This document shows positions 40,912-51,269 of a stretch of DNA of 64,000 nucleotides, in pieces. This DNA comes from an uncultured Gemmatimonadaceae bacterium (GTDB taxonomy: Bacteria > Gemmatimonadota > Gemmatimonadetes > Gemmatimonadales > Gemmatimonadaceae): positions 224,001 through 288,000 of the forward strand of contig CAWAGQ010000003.1 of assembly GCA_963781585.1 (NCBI GenBank), in the 5' to 3' direction. The notes below the pieces were generated by a model. It was not told the origin of the DNA and ran no database searches. It was given only the letters and a program-made list of their open reading frames with translations. The position numbers were made by a program, and so were the translations under genes. The stretch's first letter is position 1. Every line of letters starts with the position of its first letter.

Positions 40912-42026
40912 GGCTTGTCTGCCGTCCAGGAACTCGGGCGGTTGCGCTCCGGCACCGGTGGCCAGCGTTTGACTCCCACTTCGGCGAACGCCTCGGTGGT
41001 GGGATCACGGAGAGGTGGACCAACCAGGTGCTGGAGAAACAGACCAACGCCGAAGGAGATGCCGCTCAGCAGATAGTACAGCAGATGCATCGGCATCGCC
41101 CGCACCGCAAACCATGGTCCACGCACCCGGATGAAGAATCGCCAGAGTGGGGCGTTGGTGGCGATCACCACCGCGAGGGCGAGCAGCGCCAGCACAGCGA
41201 ACGCCCTCTGGTGAAACGCTACTCCGAGAACGACGAGAAGCGGCGCCAGCCACACGAGCATCGTGTTCAACTTCTCGGTCCAGTGCAGATTGAGCGTACT
41301 CGTGGACAGGACAACGCCGCGATGCGCCAGCAACCGCGCCCACGGGATTCCTCTATCGACGATGTCGGTGCGCACGATGTCGCGGAGTCGCCACCGTTTC
41401 AGGTGCGTGACCTGGATGTCGGGAGAAAGGAGGATGCGGCCGCCGCCGGCGCGAAGTCGCGCGCCGAGTTCGATGTCCTCGATTTGCGGGCGGGCGTAGT
41501 GCCATTCGTCGAACATCCCGGCTTTGACGAACGCATCGCGGCGCACCGCGCCGGCGCCGGCCCAGAAGGTCTCCACCTCGCCAGCGTTTCTGACGTGGAC
41601 ATAGTGATGAATCAGGTTCTGGTATTGCGACGCGAGCCCGGGAGCCGGTGGATCGTCATCATACGCGCCGAACGCCGCCACGATGGCCGGATCCGCCTCC
41701 AGAATCTCCGCCATGCGTCGCAGCGACTCGGGATGCGCCACCACGTCACTGTCGAAGAACGCGATCACGTTCCCGCGCGTCACCTCCACACCGCGATTGC
41801 GGGCATAGGCTGGTCCGTGCGGTCGGCCCGGGAGTCGCACGATGTTGTCGGCGTATCGCGACGCCGCCTCCGCCGTCTCATCGGAACTGCCATCATCCAC
41901 CACGATCAATTCCCAGAGATGCCGAGGGAAGTCGCTCTCGAGCAGTGCTTCGAGCGACTTCGGCAGGGTCAACTCGGCGTTGTGCGCCGGCACCACGACC
42001 GACACGAACAGGCGCGACTCCGTCAT
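40908..42026 (-). CDS. GT2 glycosyltransferase with C-terminal TM helices
   Basis: SVVVPAHN, VDDGSSD, ARNRG, FFDSD and IEDIELG. Confidence 0.9.
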   Translation of the reverse strand: MTESRLFVSVVVPAHNAELTLPKSLEALLESDFPRHLWELIVVDDGSSDETAEAASRYADNIVRLPGRPHGPAYARNRGVEVTRGNVIAFFDSDVVAHPESLRRMAEILEADPAIVAAFGAYDDDPPAPGLASQYQNLIHHYVHVRNAGEVETFWAGAGAVRRDAFVKAGMFDEWHYARPQIEDIELGARLRAGGGRILLSPDIQVTHLKRWRLRDIVRTDIVDRGIPWARLLAHRGVVLSTSTLNLHWTEKLNTMLVWLAPLLVVLGVAFHQRAFAVLALLALAVVIATNAPLWRFFIRVRGPWFAVRAMPMHLLYYLLSGISFGVGLFLQHLVGPPLRDPTTEAFAEVGVKRWPPVPERNRPSSWTADKP

Positions 42027-42772
42027 GGACGCACTCCTACTCTGGCCGCGAGGTGTCGTACGCGACGACCCTGCGCCCGCAACCAGACGCGGCGCCGGAA
42101 GATCGTGGAGCCCCATGCCTCAAGCTGACCAGCGCCCCGGAAATAGTACACGTCCAATCGTGGGAGGACGGCCGCGTCATCGGCGGTGCGCAGGAAGCGC
42201 AATTCGGTCGTACAGCCCGCCGAATAGTTGGATCGCACCGCCTGCACGGCGTCGGCGCTGACCGCTCCGAATGGATAGGCGAAGATGTCGGGACGCATGC
42301 CCAGGGCCGACGAGAGTCGATCAGCGCTTCCGGCGATTTCGTCCTGCAATTCCTGACCGGCGATCCGCGTCAGGTCGCAATGGCTGCGGGTGTGGGAGCC
42401 AATCGCGATCCCCGCTTCACGAACGCTTCCGATGGCATCCCACCCCATGAGCGGGAGTTCGGGCACGCCATTCTCGCCCGGACGACCCCACGAGTTGGTC
42501 CCGCCGACACGATCGGTCACAACGAAAACTGTGGCAGGGAGGTCATGATCGCGCAGCAGCGGCGCGGCAACCGTCGCGACATTCAGGTAACCGTCGTCGA
42601 AAGTGAGGGCGACCGCATCTTCAGAGTCCTCTGCCAGCAGGAGTTCGTCGAGCGACAAGACCCGGACCCGGCCCGATCCCAGAAAGCGCACATGCGCGCG
42701 AAACGTCGTCGGATCTACGGAGATCGGAGATCCGCTGGAGTCGATCGAGTGGTACGTCAGAATCGCGCGCAA
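42023..42772 (-). CDS. Polysaccharide deacetylase (CE4)
   Basis: LTYHS, LTFDDG, GSHTRSH and FAYPFG. Confidence 0.9.
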   Translation of the reverse strand: MRAILTYHSIDSSGSPISVDPTTFRAHVRFLGSGRVRVLSLDELLLAEDSEDAVALTFDDGYLNVATVAAPLLRDHDLPATVFVVTDRVGGTNSWGRPGENGVPELPLMGWDAIGSVREAGIAIGSHTRSHCDLTRIAGQELQDEIAGSADRLSSALGMRPDIFAYPFGAVSADAVQAVRSNYSAGCTTELRFLRTADDAAVLPRLDVYYFRGAGQLEAWGSTIFRRRVWLRAQGRRVRHLAARVGVRP

Positions 42773-42784
42773 TCGGCCACCCCC

Positions 42785-43954
42785 CTATGCCGCTTCGTGG
42801 ATGGCCGCCAGCGCCTCGCGCGCCGCGGCTTGCCAGGTGAGCAGCGACGCGCGTTCACGGGCGGCCTCACCGAGCTCCCGTCGGCGTTCTTCGTCACAGA
42901 GCAGCGACCGCATGGCGGACGCCACGGGCTCCACCCGACCAGGCGGTACGAACACGCCACCGCCCTCCAGCAACTCCGGCAAGGGACTCTCCGTGGTGGC
43001 AATGACCGGCGTTCCACAGGCTGCGGCCTCGACCGCCGGCAAGCCAAACCCCTCCCGCTCGGAAGGTAGCAGCAACGCCACGGCGCCGCTCAACAGGTGC
43101 CGTAGTTCGTCATCGGGCACGAAACCCGTCCAGTGCACCAGAGCGTCGGTGCCGGCAGTCGCAATCAGCTTCACGAGGCGCGCGCGTTCGGCGAAGAACG
43201 GATCGTCGTCCATCGCACCCACCAGGAGGAGATGCGGAGCGGGGCGCAGGTCGCGCGCCAGCGCGGCGTGGGCCTCGAGAATTACATCGACGCGCTTGTG
43301 CGGATTGAATCCGCCAACATAGGCGAACCACCGGGCGCCCGGCGGGAGATCGGCGCGCAACGCAGCGGCGGCCACGTCAGCCGGTTGGCTCGGATAGTAG
43401 GCAGCGGCTGGCGCCTCGAGCGCGACACGAATCCGGTCGCGCGACACGCCCAGCACCCGCACGATCTGACGCGCCGAGTACTCCGAGACCGTCAGCACAC
43501 TGCGCGCCTGGCGAAGCGCGGTCCACACCTTGAGCCGCCAGAAGATCCGCGCGCGTCTGGTCGGAAGGGTGAGCTCCGGGTACTCATCGGCGATCGTGTC
43601 GTGGACCGTCACCACACTGGGCAATCCGGGGGGCAGAGGAAAGTACGAGTACACCGACGGCCAGAAGAACACGTCGGGCGCGACCGCGGCGACGGACCGG
43701 GAGAGCCTCAACATGTCCCGGATCGAGCGTCGGCCGTCCGCCCGGGCCGCGAGGGTAGGTGATTGTCCCAGTGCCACCTCCACCAGACGCATGTTGTCGG
43801 CCCGATACGTCGAGGCCTCGAAGGCGCGGCGGTCGCCAACGCACACGAACTCGTCGTCCGGCGCAAGCGGCGCCATCGCGCGCATCAGCTGGCGCGCGAA
43901 CCGTCCATAGCCGCGCGCGTTCGCCCAGCACGTCGCGTCGACGCCAATGCGCAA
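42785..43954 (-). CDS. GT4 glycosyltransferase
   Basis: TVHD, GGFNPHKR and PSEREGFGLPAVEA. Confidence 0.9.
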   Translation of the reverse strand: MRIGVDATCWANARGYGRFARQLMRAMAPLAPDDEFVCVGDRRAFEASTYRADNMRLVEVALGQSPTLAARADGRRSIRDMLRLSRSVAAVAPDVFFWPSVYSYFPLPPGLPSVVTVHDTIADEYPELTLPTRRARIFWRLKVWTALRQARSVLTVSEYSARQIVRVLGVSRDRIRVALEAPAAAYYPSQPADVAAAALRADLPPGARWFAYVGGFNPHKRVDVILEAHAALARDLRPAPHLLLVGAMDDDPFFAERARLVKLIATAGTDALVHWTGFVPDDELRHLLSGAVALLLPSEREGFGLPAVEAAACGTPVIATTESPLPELLEGGGVFVPPGRVEPVASAMRSLLCDEERRRELGEAARERASLLTWQAAAREALAAIHEAA

Positions 43955-43961
43955 CCGGCCC

Positions 43962-45479
43962 TCACGCGCCTACGGAAGCACGCACCCGGTCGGTCTTCTC
44001 GGCGTTCTCGACCTCGGTGCCTTTCTCTTCCAGCCGCTGTTCCTCATGGTACTCGAAGTCCGTGTTGACGGCCCACACGTCGTGCGACGCCCCCAACATG
44101 TTGGCTACCGTCATCATCGCCGTGAACATCGAGTGGTCCTGGTTGTTGTACTTGTGCATGCCGTTTCGACCCACCGTGTGCAGGTTCGCAATTGGGTCGA
44201 TGTGCGACCGCACCGTCGCGAGGTGGGCACCGTATGCCGAGTCGTAGACGGGATAGGCTTTCGGCATGCGTACCACGCATCCGTCGAACACCCGTGTAGC
44301 GTCGGCAAGCCCCAATTCCGCCAGTTCCCTGCCGGCCAGCGCCACGAGGTCCTCGTCCCGGCTGGTCCACAGCCCGTCGCCCTCGAAGCAGAAGTACTCG
44401 AGGCCCAGACACGTCTTTCCGGGGTCGGGGACCATCGCCCGGCTCCAGTTGTTGAAGTTCTGAATCCGGCCGACCTTCACTCCCGGCGTGTGGATGTAGA
44501 TCCAGTTGTCTGGAAAGACGGTTTCCTGATCGAGCATCAGGGCCACGGTGAGAAAATCACGATAGTTGAGTCCCGCTCCAGCGTCGATGATGTGTTGCGG
44601 CGCGGCCGGCTCGAGCGACCGCACGAGGTGTCGCAGCGGCATGGTGGAGATGACATGCGCCGCGGCAATTCGTCGTTCGCCCTTGGGCGAGCGGGTCCAC
44701 GCCGCGACCGCGCGACCATCCCGAATCTCCAGCCGGGTGACCTCGTGGCCGAGCAAGACCTCGCCTCCCATCTCCACGATGCGCTTCGTTGCCATCTCCC
44801 ACATCTGACCGGGTCCCAGTCGCGGATACTGGAATTCGTTGATGAGCGTCTTGATCCCGGCGGAACGCTTCTGCAGCGATGCGGCGTTGAGAATCGCTTT
44901 CGCCAGCGAGAGGCCCTGAATCCGCTGCGCCGCCCACTCGGCGCGGATCTCCGTGCAGGGTATCCCCCAGACTTTTTCCGTATAGGTCTTGAAGAAGATG
45001 CGATAGAGGCGCTTGCCGAAGCGGTTGGAGACCCACTGCTCGAGGTTGTCCTCGACCGGGTACGGCCTGACATGCGACCAGGCATAGCTCAGCACGATCA
45101 TCATCGCATTCCAGAGTCCCAATCCCCGTAACGCATTCCCCGCCTTCAGCGGATAGTCGAAGAACTTTCCACCGTAGTGAATGCGCGACAGCCGCGGCAC
45201 ACTGATGAACTGATCGCCGAGTATCTCTCTCCACAGCGCGTCGACCGGCTCGATCTTCGTGAAGAACCGGTGTCCACCGATGTCGAAGCGATACCCCCGG
45301 TACTGTGCCGTACGGGAGATTCCGCCGACCACGCTGTCGGCCTCCAGGACTGTGACGCGGGTCCCGCGCTTGGCGAGCAGGTACGCCGCGGTCAGGCCCG
45401 CCGGGCCCGCGCCCACAACCACAACGTGCTCTCCGGGTCGAAGCGGAGCGGCCTGCCTGTGGGCCTCAGACATATTCAC
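43962..45479 (-). CDS. FAD-dependent oxidoreductase (UDP-galactopyranose mutase/HemY-like fold)
   Basis: GAGPAGL, FDIGGHRFF, YTEKVWG, KAYPVY and GRNGMHKYNNQDHSM. Confidence 0.82.
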   Translation of the reverse strand: MNMSEAHRQAAPLRPGEHVVVVGAGPAGLTAAYLLAKRGTRVTVLEADSVVGGISRTAQYRGYRFDIGGHRFFTKIEPVDALWREILGDQFISVPRLSRIHYGGKFFDYPLKAGNALRGLGLWNAMMIVLSYAWSHVRPYPVEDNLEQWVSNRFGKRLYRIFFKTYTEKVWGIPCTEIRAEWAAQRIQGLSLAKAILNAASLQKRSAGIKTLINEFQYPRLGPGQMWEMATKRIVEMGGEVLLGHEVTRLEIRDGRAVAAWTRSPKGERRIAAAHVISTMPLRHLVRSLEPAAPQHIIDAGAGLNYRDFLTVALMLDQETVFPDNWIYIHTPGVKVGRIQNFNNWSRAMVPDPGKTCLGLEYFCFEGDGLWTSRDEDLVALAGRELAELGLADATRVFDGCVVRMPKAYPVYDSAYGAHLATVRSHIDPIANLHTVGRNGMHKYNNQDHSMFTAMMTVANMLGASHDVWAVNTDFEYHEEQRLEEKGTEVENAEKTDRVRASVGA

Positions 45480-45877
45480 GCTCTCGCTGGCGCATCGTCT
45501 CGAGTGAATTCTCGGCAGTCACGTGTTGGCACCGGCCGCCGCTCAAGCGACGACTAACCCGCCGTGTCGCAACGAGATCGGTCGCGCTCTGGCCGGTCAA
45601 CTTGTCCATCAAATCCAGATTGCGCCGTCCCGCTCCGGAACCCGGGTCCCCGGCGGAATCCTGACAAAGGGATGATAAGGGCGGATCGGGACTTTCGCTC
45701 GGCGGCGACGCAGCGGCAACTCGCCAGCCGGCGGGCGGTGTCGCGCCAGGCTCGAGTCGACGAGATGTCGTTCCGGGCGGCGCCCTCTTCACGTGAGCGA
45801 GCAAGGGCGATGCAAGTGCGGCACGGAACGGAGAGGCCGCCCAGCGGGTGAACGCGCGGGTCAGCTCGCTGCTGCTG

Positions 45878-46438
45878 TCAAGCCGACGAATCGCGCGCGG
45901 AATCGCTACGCGCGAGCGAAACGTCATCTCCAAGGCCACGGAGTGCCAGCGGCGAAAACGAGACGGACCCAGTCCTCTCTCTGAAAGGCCCATCGGTGGC
46001 ACCCTCCCGCGCCGGAATCACGGTGATCGGCTCTTCCGGAGGGCTCTCTCGAACGAGCAATCGTCGATATGCAGAAAGCCACTCGACGTCACACACCGCC
46101 GTGTCATCGCGAAGGGCGATCAGATCACCCTCGGCCAGCCGCATCGCCATCGCCAGCATGTCTCGGCGCGTTGAGTCGTCACTGGCGCGGACGATGTCCA
46201 CGCGCCCGGCCTCAGAAAGGGCAAACTCCAGCGTGGACTCGGGATTGCGCCTGACGACAATTAGCTGCGCCTTCATGGCGCGCAACGTCGGTGACATGAC
46301 CCGTACTGCCCGCTCCAGCTCGTGCCGCGCGCCCTGCGAGACGAGAATCACCGAGAGCGCGGGACTGGTGCCCCTGGCTCGAGCGAAACTTGTCTCGCGG
46401 GGGTGTGCCGTTCGTTGCGCCGCGTTGGCAAGTGCCAT
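45878..46438 (-). CDS. Short, degenerate GT2-like protein
   Basis: PALSVILVS...QLIVV...AEGDLIALRDD...WL resembles the N-terminal half of a GT-A fold. Confidence 0.55.
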   Translation of the reverse strand: MALANAAQRTAHPRETSFARARGTSPALSVILVSQGARHELERAVRVMSPTLRAMKAQLIVVRRNPESTLEFALSEAGRVDIVRASDDSTRRDMLAMAMRLAEGDLIALRDDTAVCDVEWLSAYRRLLVRESPPEEPITVIPAREGATDGPFRERTGSVSFSPLALRGLGDDVSLARSDSARDSSA

Positions 46439-46560
46439 ATCGGGTCCGGGGCCGGAGAACGAATGGGAGACGATAGCCTCTGAAGCGGCTCGTGGCGACT
46501 CGCTTCGGTCCTGCCGCCAGGAGTCGACGCGCTTGACGCGCCTGAATCGCAGATCTGTCA

Positions 46561-46578
46561 TGCAAGGATGTTGCCTTG
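46561..46578 (-). promoter_or_regulatory. Sigma-54 -24/-12 promoter for the leftward glycosyltransferase operon
   Basis: Minus strand reads CAAGGCAACATCCTTGCA, nearly identical to the site at 61343. Confidence 0.65.
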
Positions 46579-46965
46579 GTCTCTTCAGGAAGGACGAGCC
46601 CGCCTTACTTCGCCCAACTGCAGATGCCTCAACAGTTAAAGCCGCCGTCCCGCGCGCCGCCCCGGCTCGCTTAGCCGTCTGGTGGGGCGACCTGAGGCGA
46701 GCTTCCCATAAGGTGAGACCCCTCGTGTTGGGTGGATGCGACGCCTCATCCGGTCGGTTACGTTGGAGACCGGTTTCCTGAAGACCATCCGGGCTCTCAG
46801 TCGTCTAACCTGCGTGTCTTGCGCCGGTTGGAGGCCACCTCAACCTGTTGCGGGCGGTCGCGATGCGCTGTGGGAGGAGCGGCGCGCAGGGTCTGTGCGC
46901 GCTAACCCGGGCGGTCGTTCCACGTCTGCGCGACCGCGGCGCGGTCGCATCGAGCGAAGACAACT

Positions 46966-47982
46966 GTGACCGAAATTCTCCTGACCGGCGCTGCTGGATT
47001 CATCGGCTTCCACGTTGCGAGACGCCTTCTGGGAGTGGGCCATGTGGTCCACGGCGTGGACAACCTGAATGCCTACTACGACGTGGCGCTCAAAGAGGCC
47101 CGGCTGCAGCAGTTGGCGTCGGCCGAACGCTTCAGCTTCCACAAACTCGATCTGGCGGACCGGAGCGTGACGGCGGAGCTGTTCGCCGACCTGCGTCCTT
47201 CGATCGTCATTCATCTCGCGGCGCAGGCGGGAGTGCGTCATTCGCTCACGCATCCCGAGGAGTACGTCGACAGCAATCTGGTGGGGTTCGGCAACGTGCT
47301 CGAGGGTGCCCGCCAGGCGCAGGTGCAGCACCTGGCATACGCTTCTTCGAGCTCCGTGTATGGTGCCAATACGGTGGTTCCCTTCTCCGAGCATCAGGGC
47401 GTGGACCACCCGGTGAGCTTGTACGCGGCGACCAAGCGCGCGAACGAACTCATGGCGCACTCGTACAGCCACCTGTTTGCATTGCCGGTGACCGGACTGC
47501 GTTTCTTCACGGCATACGGGCCATGGGGGCGGCCGGACATGGCGGCGTTCATGTTCACCCGCGCGCTGTTCGAAGGCCGCACGATCGACGTCTATAACGA
47601 CGGGGCGATGTGGCGCGATTTCACGTACGTGGAGGATGTCGCGGAAGCGGTTGTTCGGGTGGCGCTCCGGCCACCGCAGGCCGACCACCAGTACGATGCG
47701 CAGCAGGCTGATCCCGCACACAGCAGTGCCCCCTTCCGGATCTACAACATTGGCAACTCTCAGCCGGTGCGGCTCTCGGATTTCGTGGCGATGCTCGAGC
47801 GCCTAACGGGACGCACTGCGCGGAAGCGCTCGCTTCCCATGCAGCCGGGTGACGTGCCGTACACATGCGCTGACACCGCCGATCTGGCTCGAGACGTGGG
47901 TTTCACGCCGACGACCTCGCTTGAGGAGGGACTGTCGCGCTTCGTGGCCTGGTACCGCGAGTACCATGGCCTGACAGACTGA
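46966..47982 (+). CDS. UDP-glucuronate 4-epimerase-like extended SDR
   Basis: TGAAGFIG, HLAAQAGVR, YAATK and GLRFFTAYGPWGRPDMA. Confidence 0.88.
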   Translation: MTEILLTGAAGFIGFHVARRLLGVGHVVHGVDNLNAYYDVALKEARLQQLASAERFSFHKLDLADRSVTAELFADLRPSIVIHLAAQAGVRHSLTHPEEYVDSNLVGFGNVLEGARQAQVQHLAYASSSSVYGANTVVPFSEHQGVDHPVSLYAATKRANELMAHSYSHLFALPVTGLRFFTAYGPWGRPDMAAFMFTRALFEGRTIDVYNDGAMWRDFTYVEDVAEAVVRVALRPPQADHQYDAQQADPAHSSAPFRIYNIGNSQPVRLSDFVAMLERLTGRTARKRSLPMQPGDVPYTCADTADLARDVGFTPTTSLEEGLSRFVAWYREYHGLTD

Positions 47983-48024
47983 TTCCGGGGATCTGGCGAT
48001 GAATCGCGCGGGCGGGCGGGCCAG

Positions 48025-49035
48025 ATGACGGGAACACCGGCACATGCGAACCGCGACCTCGCCTCGTATGCCGGCGTTCGAGTGCTCGTCACCGGCGCCT
48101 CGGGATTCATCGGCCGATGGATCGCGCGGGTGCTGACGCAGGCGGGGGCGGATCTCGTGCTCGGGGTTCGCGACGCCACTGCCATGCGCGGCATCGCCGA
48201 GCGCTATTCCATGAGCGGTACCGTCGCCGTCTGTGATTTCCGCAAAGCCACCGACATCATGGCGCTGGTGCGGTCCACTCGACCGCACCTCACCTTCAAC
48301 GCGGTGGGCTACGGGGTGGATTCAACCGAGCGTGACCTGGCGGAGATGGTGGCGATCAACGCCGAGGCGGTGGTGCACCTTGCGGATGCCATCGAGCAGT
48401 ACGCCGATACCGGCTGGAGCGGCGTCCGTCTCGTCCAGCTGGGGTCGGCGCTCGAATACGGGACCGCGTCGGGGAGGCTGTCCGAAGCGGAGGAAGCCGC
48501 GCCAACCACGTCCTACGGCAGGACCAAGCTGCGCGCCACGCTCGGGTTGGCAGGCCGGCGAGACCTGCGCTCGCTCACGGCGCGGCTCTTTACCGTGTAC
48601 GGGCCCGGTGAACACGCGGGAAGGCTTCTGCCGACCCTTCTCGAAATCCGGCCGCGGGGAACGCGTATTCCACTCACCGAAGGGACCCAGCTTCGGGACT
48701 TCACGTACGTGGGAGATGTGGCCGAAGGTCTTGTGCGCCTTGGGCTTTCCCACTCACCCGCTGGGATGGTGGTCAACCTGGCAACCGGACATCTGGAGAC
48801 CGTGCGCGCGTTCGCCGAGACCGCCGCCCGGGTCCTGGGCATGCCCCTTGAAGCACTCGACTTCGGCGCGATCCAGCGCCAACGCGTGGAGATGGCGCAC
48901 GACGACGTCACCATCGACCGGCTGCTTGCGTTCACTGGCTGGCGGCCTGGGACGAGCATCGAGGCCGGCATCAGCGCCACGCGCGACTTCTATCTCGAGG
49001 GAACCGCGTTGAGCCATGGCCCGGTTCGAGTCTAG
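48025..49035 (+). CDS. NDP-sugar 4-ketoreductase/epimerase (extended SDR)
   Basis: TGASGFIG, GSALEYG, YGRTK and RDFTYVGDV. Confidence 0.8.
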   Translation: MTGTPAHANRDLASYAGVRVLVTGASGFIGRWIARVLTQAGADLVLGVRDATAMRGIAERYSMSGTVAVCDFRKATDIMALVRSTRPHLTFNAVGYGVDSTERDLAEMVAINAEAVVHLADAIEQYADTGWSGVRLVQLGSALEYGTASGRLSEAEEAAPTTSYGRTKLRATLGLAGRRDLRSLTARLFTVYGPGEHAGRLLPTLLEIRPRGTRIPLTEGTQLRDFTYVGDVAEGLVRLGLSHSPAGMVVNLATGHLETVRAFAETAARVLGMPLEALDFGAIQRQRVEMAHDDVTIDRLLAFTGWRPGTSIEAGISATRDFYLEGTALSHGPVRV

Positions 49036-49164
49036 GATTGCGATGACACACCGACACTTCGCTCGCGGCCCGAGCGACGGTCGCGTCGCACCACTGGAAT
49101 CCGGACCATCCGCGCCACCGGCGGGAAGCGCTGGCCGCGTCGCGCACCCGAGCGGGTACCGCGC

Positions 49165-49971
49165 ATGACCGAGATCGCTGCCACGGCCCGATCCCGCGCT
49201 CCAGACCTGTCCCTCATCATGCCGTGCTATGACGAGGAGGACAACGTCGAGTACACGATTCCGAAACTCCTCGCGGCGTTCGAGCAGGCAGGACACACGC
49301 TTCAGCTGGTGACGGTCGACAATGGATCGCGCGACCGAACCGGTGCGCTGCTGCGCGAGATGGCCTCCCGCTACCCGCGGGTTCGCGTCGTGACCGTGGC
49401 GCACAACATCGGTTTCGGGCACGGCATTCTGTCGGGAATCGCGGGGTGCGAGGCCGCGTGGATCGGCATTGTCGCCGCCGACGGACAGGTGGATGCCGAA
49501 GATGTGGTGCGCCTCTTCGATGCCGCAGCGAGTTGTCGTGGACGGGTCGTTGCCAAGGCGAGGCGGCGCTTCCGCATGGATGGTCTGACGCGCAAGATCG
49601 TCTCGGTGGCGTACAACGGGTTCGTGCACCTCCTCTGGCCGCGTCTCGGATCGTGGGACGTGAACGGGACGCCGGTTCTCCTGCCGCGCGACGTGCTGCT
49701 CGCCATGCGGCTCGAATCCACGAACTGGTTCATCAACCCCGAGTTGCTGGTCAAGGCGCACTACCTGGGCGTCCGGGTGCTCGAGCTCAACGTCTTCGCG
49801 CGAATGCGCGGAAACGGGCTGTCGCACGTCCGCGCGTCCACGTGCTGGGAGTTCGTTCGCTACCTGCTCGAGTATCGTCTGCGACCGAAGCCGGCGTGGC
49901 TCAAGCTGCCCGACGAGGACGGTCGGGATGCGGATCGCGGCGACGCCAAGGTCGCGGGGATGTCGGCGTGA
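49165..49971 (+). CDS. DPM1-like GT2 (polyprenol-phosphate glycosyltransferase)
   Basis: SLIMPCYDE, VDNGSRD, NIGFG and ADGQ. Confidence 0.82.
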   Translation: MTEIAATARSRAPDLSLIMPCYDEEDNVEYTIPKLLAAFEQAGHTLQLVTVDNGSRDRTGALLREMASRYPRVRVVTVAHNIGFGHGILSGIAGCEAAWIGIVAADGQVDAEDVVRLFDAAASCRGRVVAKARRRFRMDGLTRKIVSVAYNGFVHLLWPRLGSWDVNGTPVLLPRDVLLAMRLESTNWFINPELLVKAHYLGVRVLELNVFARMRGNGLSHVRASTCWEFVRYLLEYRLRPKPAWLKLPDEDGRDADRGDAKVAGMSA

Positions 49972-51269
49972 ACCCGGGCCCGTCTCGCCCCGAGACACTC
50001 CGATCCGGACCGGGCGCGGCGGACGCGGCCGGTCCGCTGCACACGCGCGCGTCGTGTCGTGGCTGCGGAGGTACGGTGCTAGAACGGGTTCTGGATCTGG
50101 GCCGCCAGCCGCTGGCGAACGCGTTTCTGCATTCCCCCGCCGAATTCCGCGCCGAGCCCACCTTTCCCCTCGAGCTGTTTCGATGTGACGACTGTGCGCT
50201 GGTGCAGTTGGTCCACGTGGTGGATCCCGCGATTCTCTTTCGCGACTACATCTACGTCACCGGGACGTCGGACACGATCGCGCTGCATAACGAGCGATAC
50301 GCCGCCGACGTGACCGGGCAGCTCGGGCTGACGGGCGAGGACCTGGTGGTCGAAGTGGCCAGCAACGACGGCAGCCTGCTCTCCCGGTTCGCCGCCCGCG
50401 GCATTCGCACATTGGGGGTCGAGCCGGCGCGCAACATCGCGACCGAGGCCCGGAAGCGTGGCATCGACACGGTCGAGGAGTTCTTCGACACAACGCTGGC
50501 GCTGGAGGTTCGCGACCGCTTCGGTCGCGCGCGCGCGGTCATCGGGAACAATGTGCTGGCCCATGTGGACGACACGGCCGGCTTTCTCGGCGGGATGGCC
50601 TCGCTCCTCGCGCCAGGCGGCCTGGCGATCGTCGAGGTGCCGTATCTCGGCGACATGCTCGAGCGATTGGAGTACGACACCATCTATCACGAGCACCTCT
50701 GCTATTTCTCCATCGGCGCGCTGATGCGACTTTGCGATCGCGCCGGCCTGTCGGTGCGCCGGATCGATCACCTGCCGGTGCATGGCGGTTCGATCCGGCT
50801 GTACGGAGGGCTGTCGGCCAGAGGCCAGGAGCATGACCCGGCTGTGCTCGCGATGGTCGAGGGCGAACGACGCGCCGGGCTCCTGTCGGGCGAGCGCTTC
50901 CGGCAGTTCGCGCACGACGTCGACGCCAGTCGGGACGCCCTGCTGGCCCTGCTGCACCGGCTCCGCGCAGAGGGGAAACGGGTTGCCGCATACGGAGCGC
51001 CCGCCAAGGGAAACACCCTGCTCAACTACTGCGGCATCGGGACCGATCTTGTGGCGTGCACGTTCGACAAGAGTCCTCACAAGGCGGGACGATACACACC
51101 TGGCATGCACCTGCCGGTCCTTCCCGCAGATGCGATCGCGGAGCGGTCCCCCGACTATCTCCTGCTCCTGGCCTGGAATTTCGCCGACGAGATCATGGCG
51201 CAGCAGGCAAACTTCCGAAGCCGCGGCGGCAGATTCATCATCCCGATTCCCACACCGGTGATCGTCTGA
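49968..51269 (+). CDS. NDP-hexose C3-methyltransferase
   Basis: Zinc CRGC...CDDC, EVASNDG, YDTIYHEH, HGGS, YGAPAKGNTLLNY and LLAWNF. Confidence 0.88.
   Translation: MNPGPSRPETLRSGPGAADAAGPLHTRASCRGCGGTVLERVLDLGRQPLANAFLHSPAEFRAEPTFPLELFRCDDCALVQLVHVVDPAILFRDYIYVTGTSDTIALHNERYAADVTGQLGLTGEDLVVEVASNDGSLLSRFAARGIRTLGVEPARNIATEARKRGIDTVEEFFDTTLALEVRDRFGRARAVIGNNVLAHVDDTAGFLGGMASLLAPGGLAIVEVPYLGDMLERLEYDTIYHEHLCYFSIGALMRLCDRAGLSVRRIDHLPVHGGSIRLYGGLSARGQEHDPAVLAMVEGERRAGLLSGERFRQFAHDVDASRDALLALLHRLRAEGKRVAAYGAPAKGNTLLNYCGIGTDLVACTFDKSPHKAGRYTPGMHLPVLPADAIAERSPDYLLLLAWNFADEIMAQQANFRSRGGRFIIPIPTPVIV

Noticed and set aside
46851..46920. GGCGGTCG copies as ops/JUMPstart elements
   Set aside because: They mismatch the GGCGGTAG core and are common in GC-rich DNA.
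33880..46960. RiPP/lasso precursor in intergenic gaps of the glycan locus
   Set aside because: No precursor-like small ORF was found, and there is no PqqD/RRE, peptidase or cyclase gene in the window.
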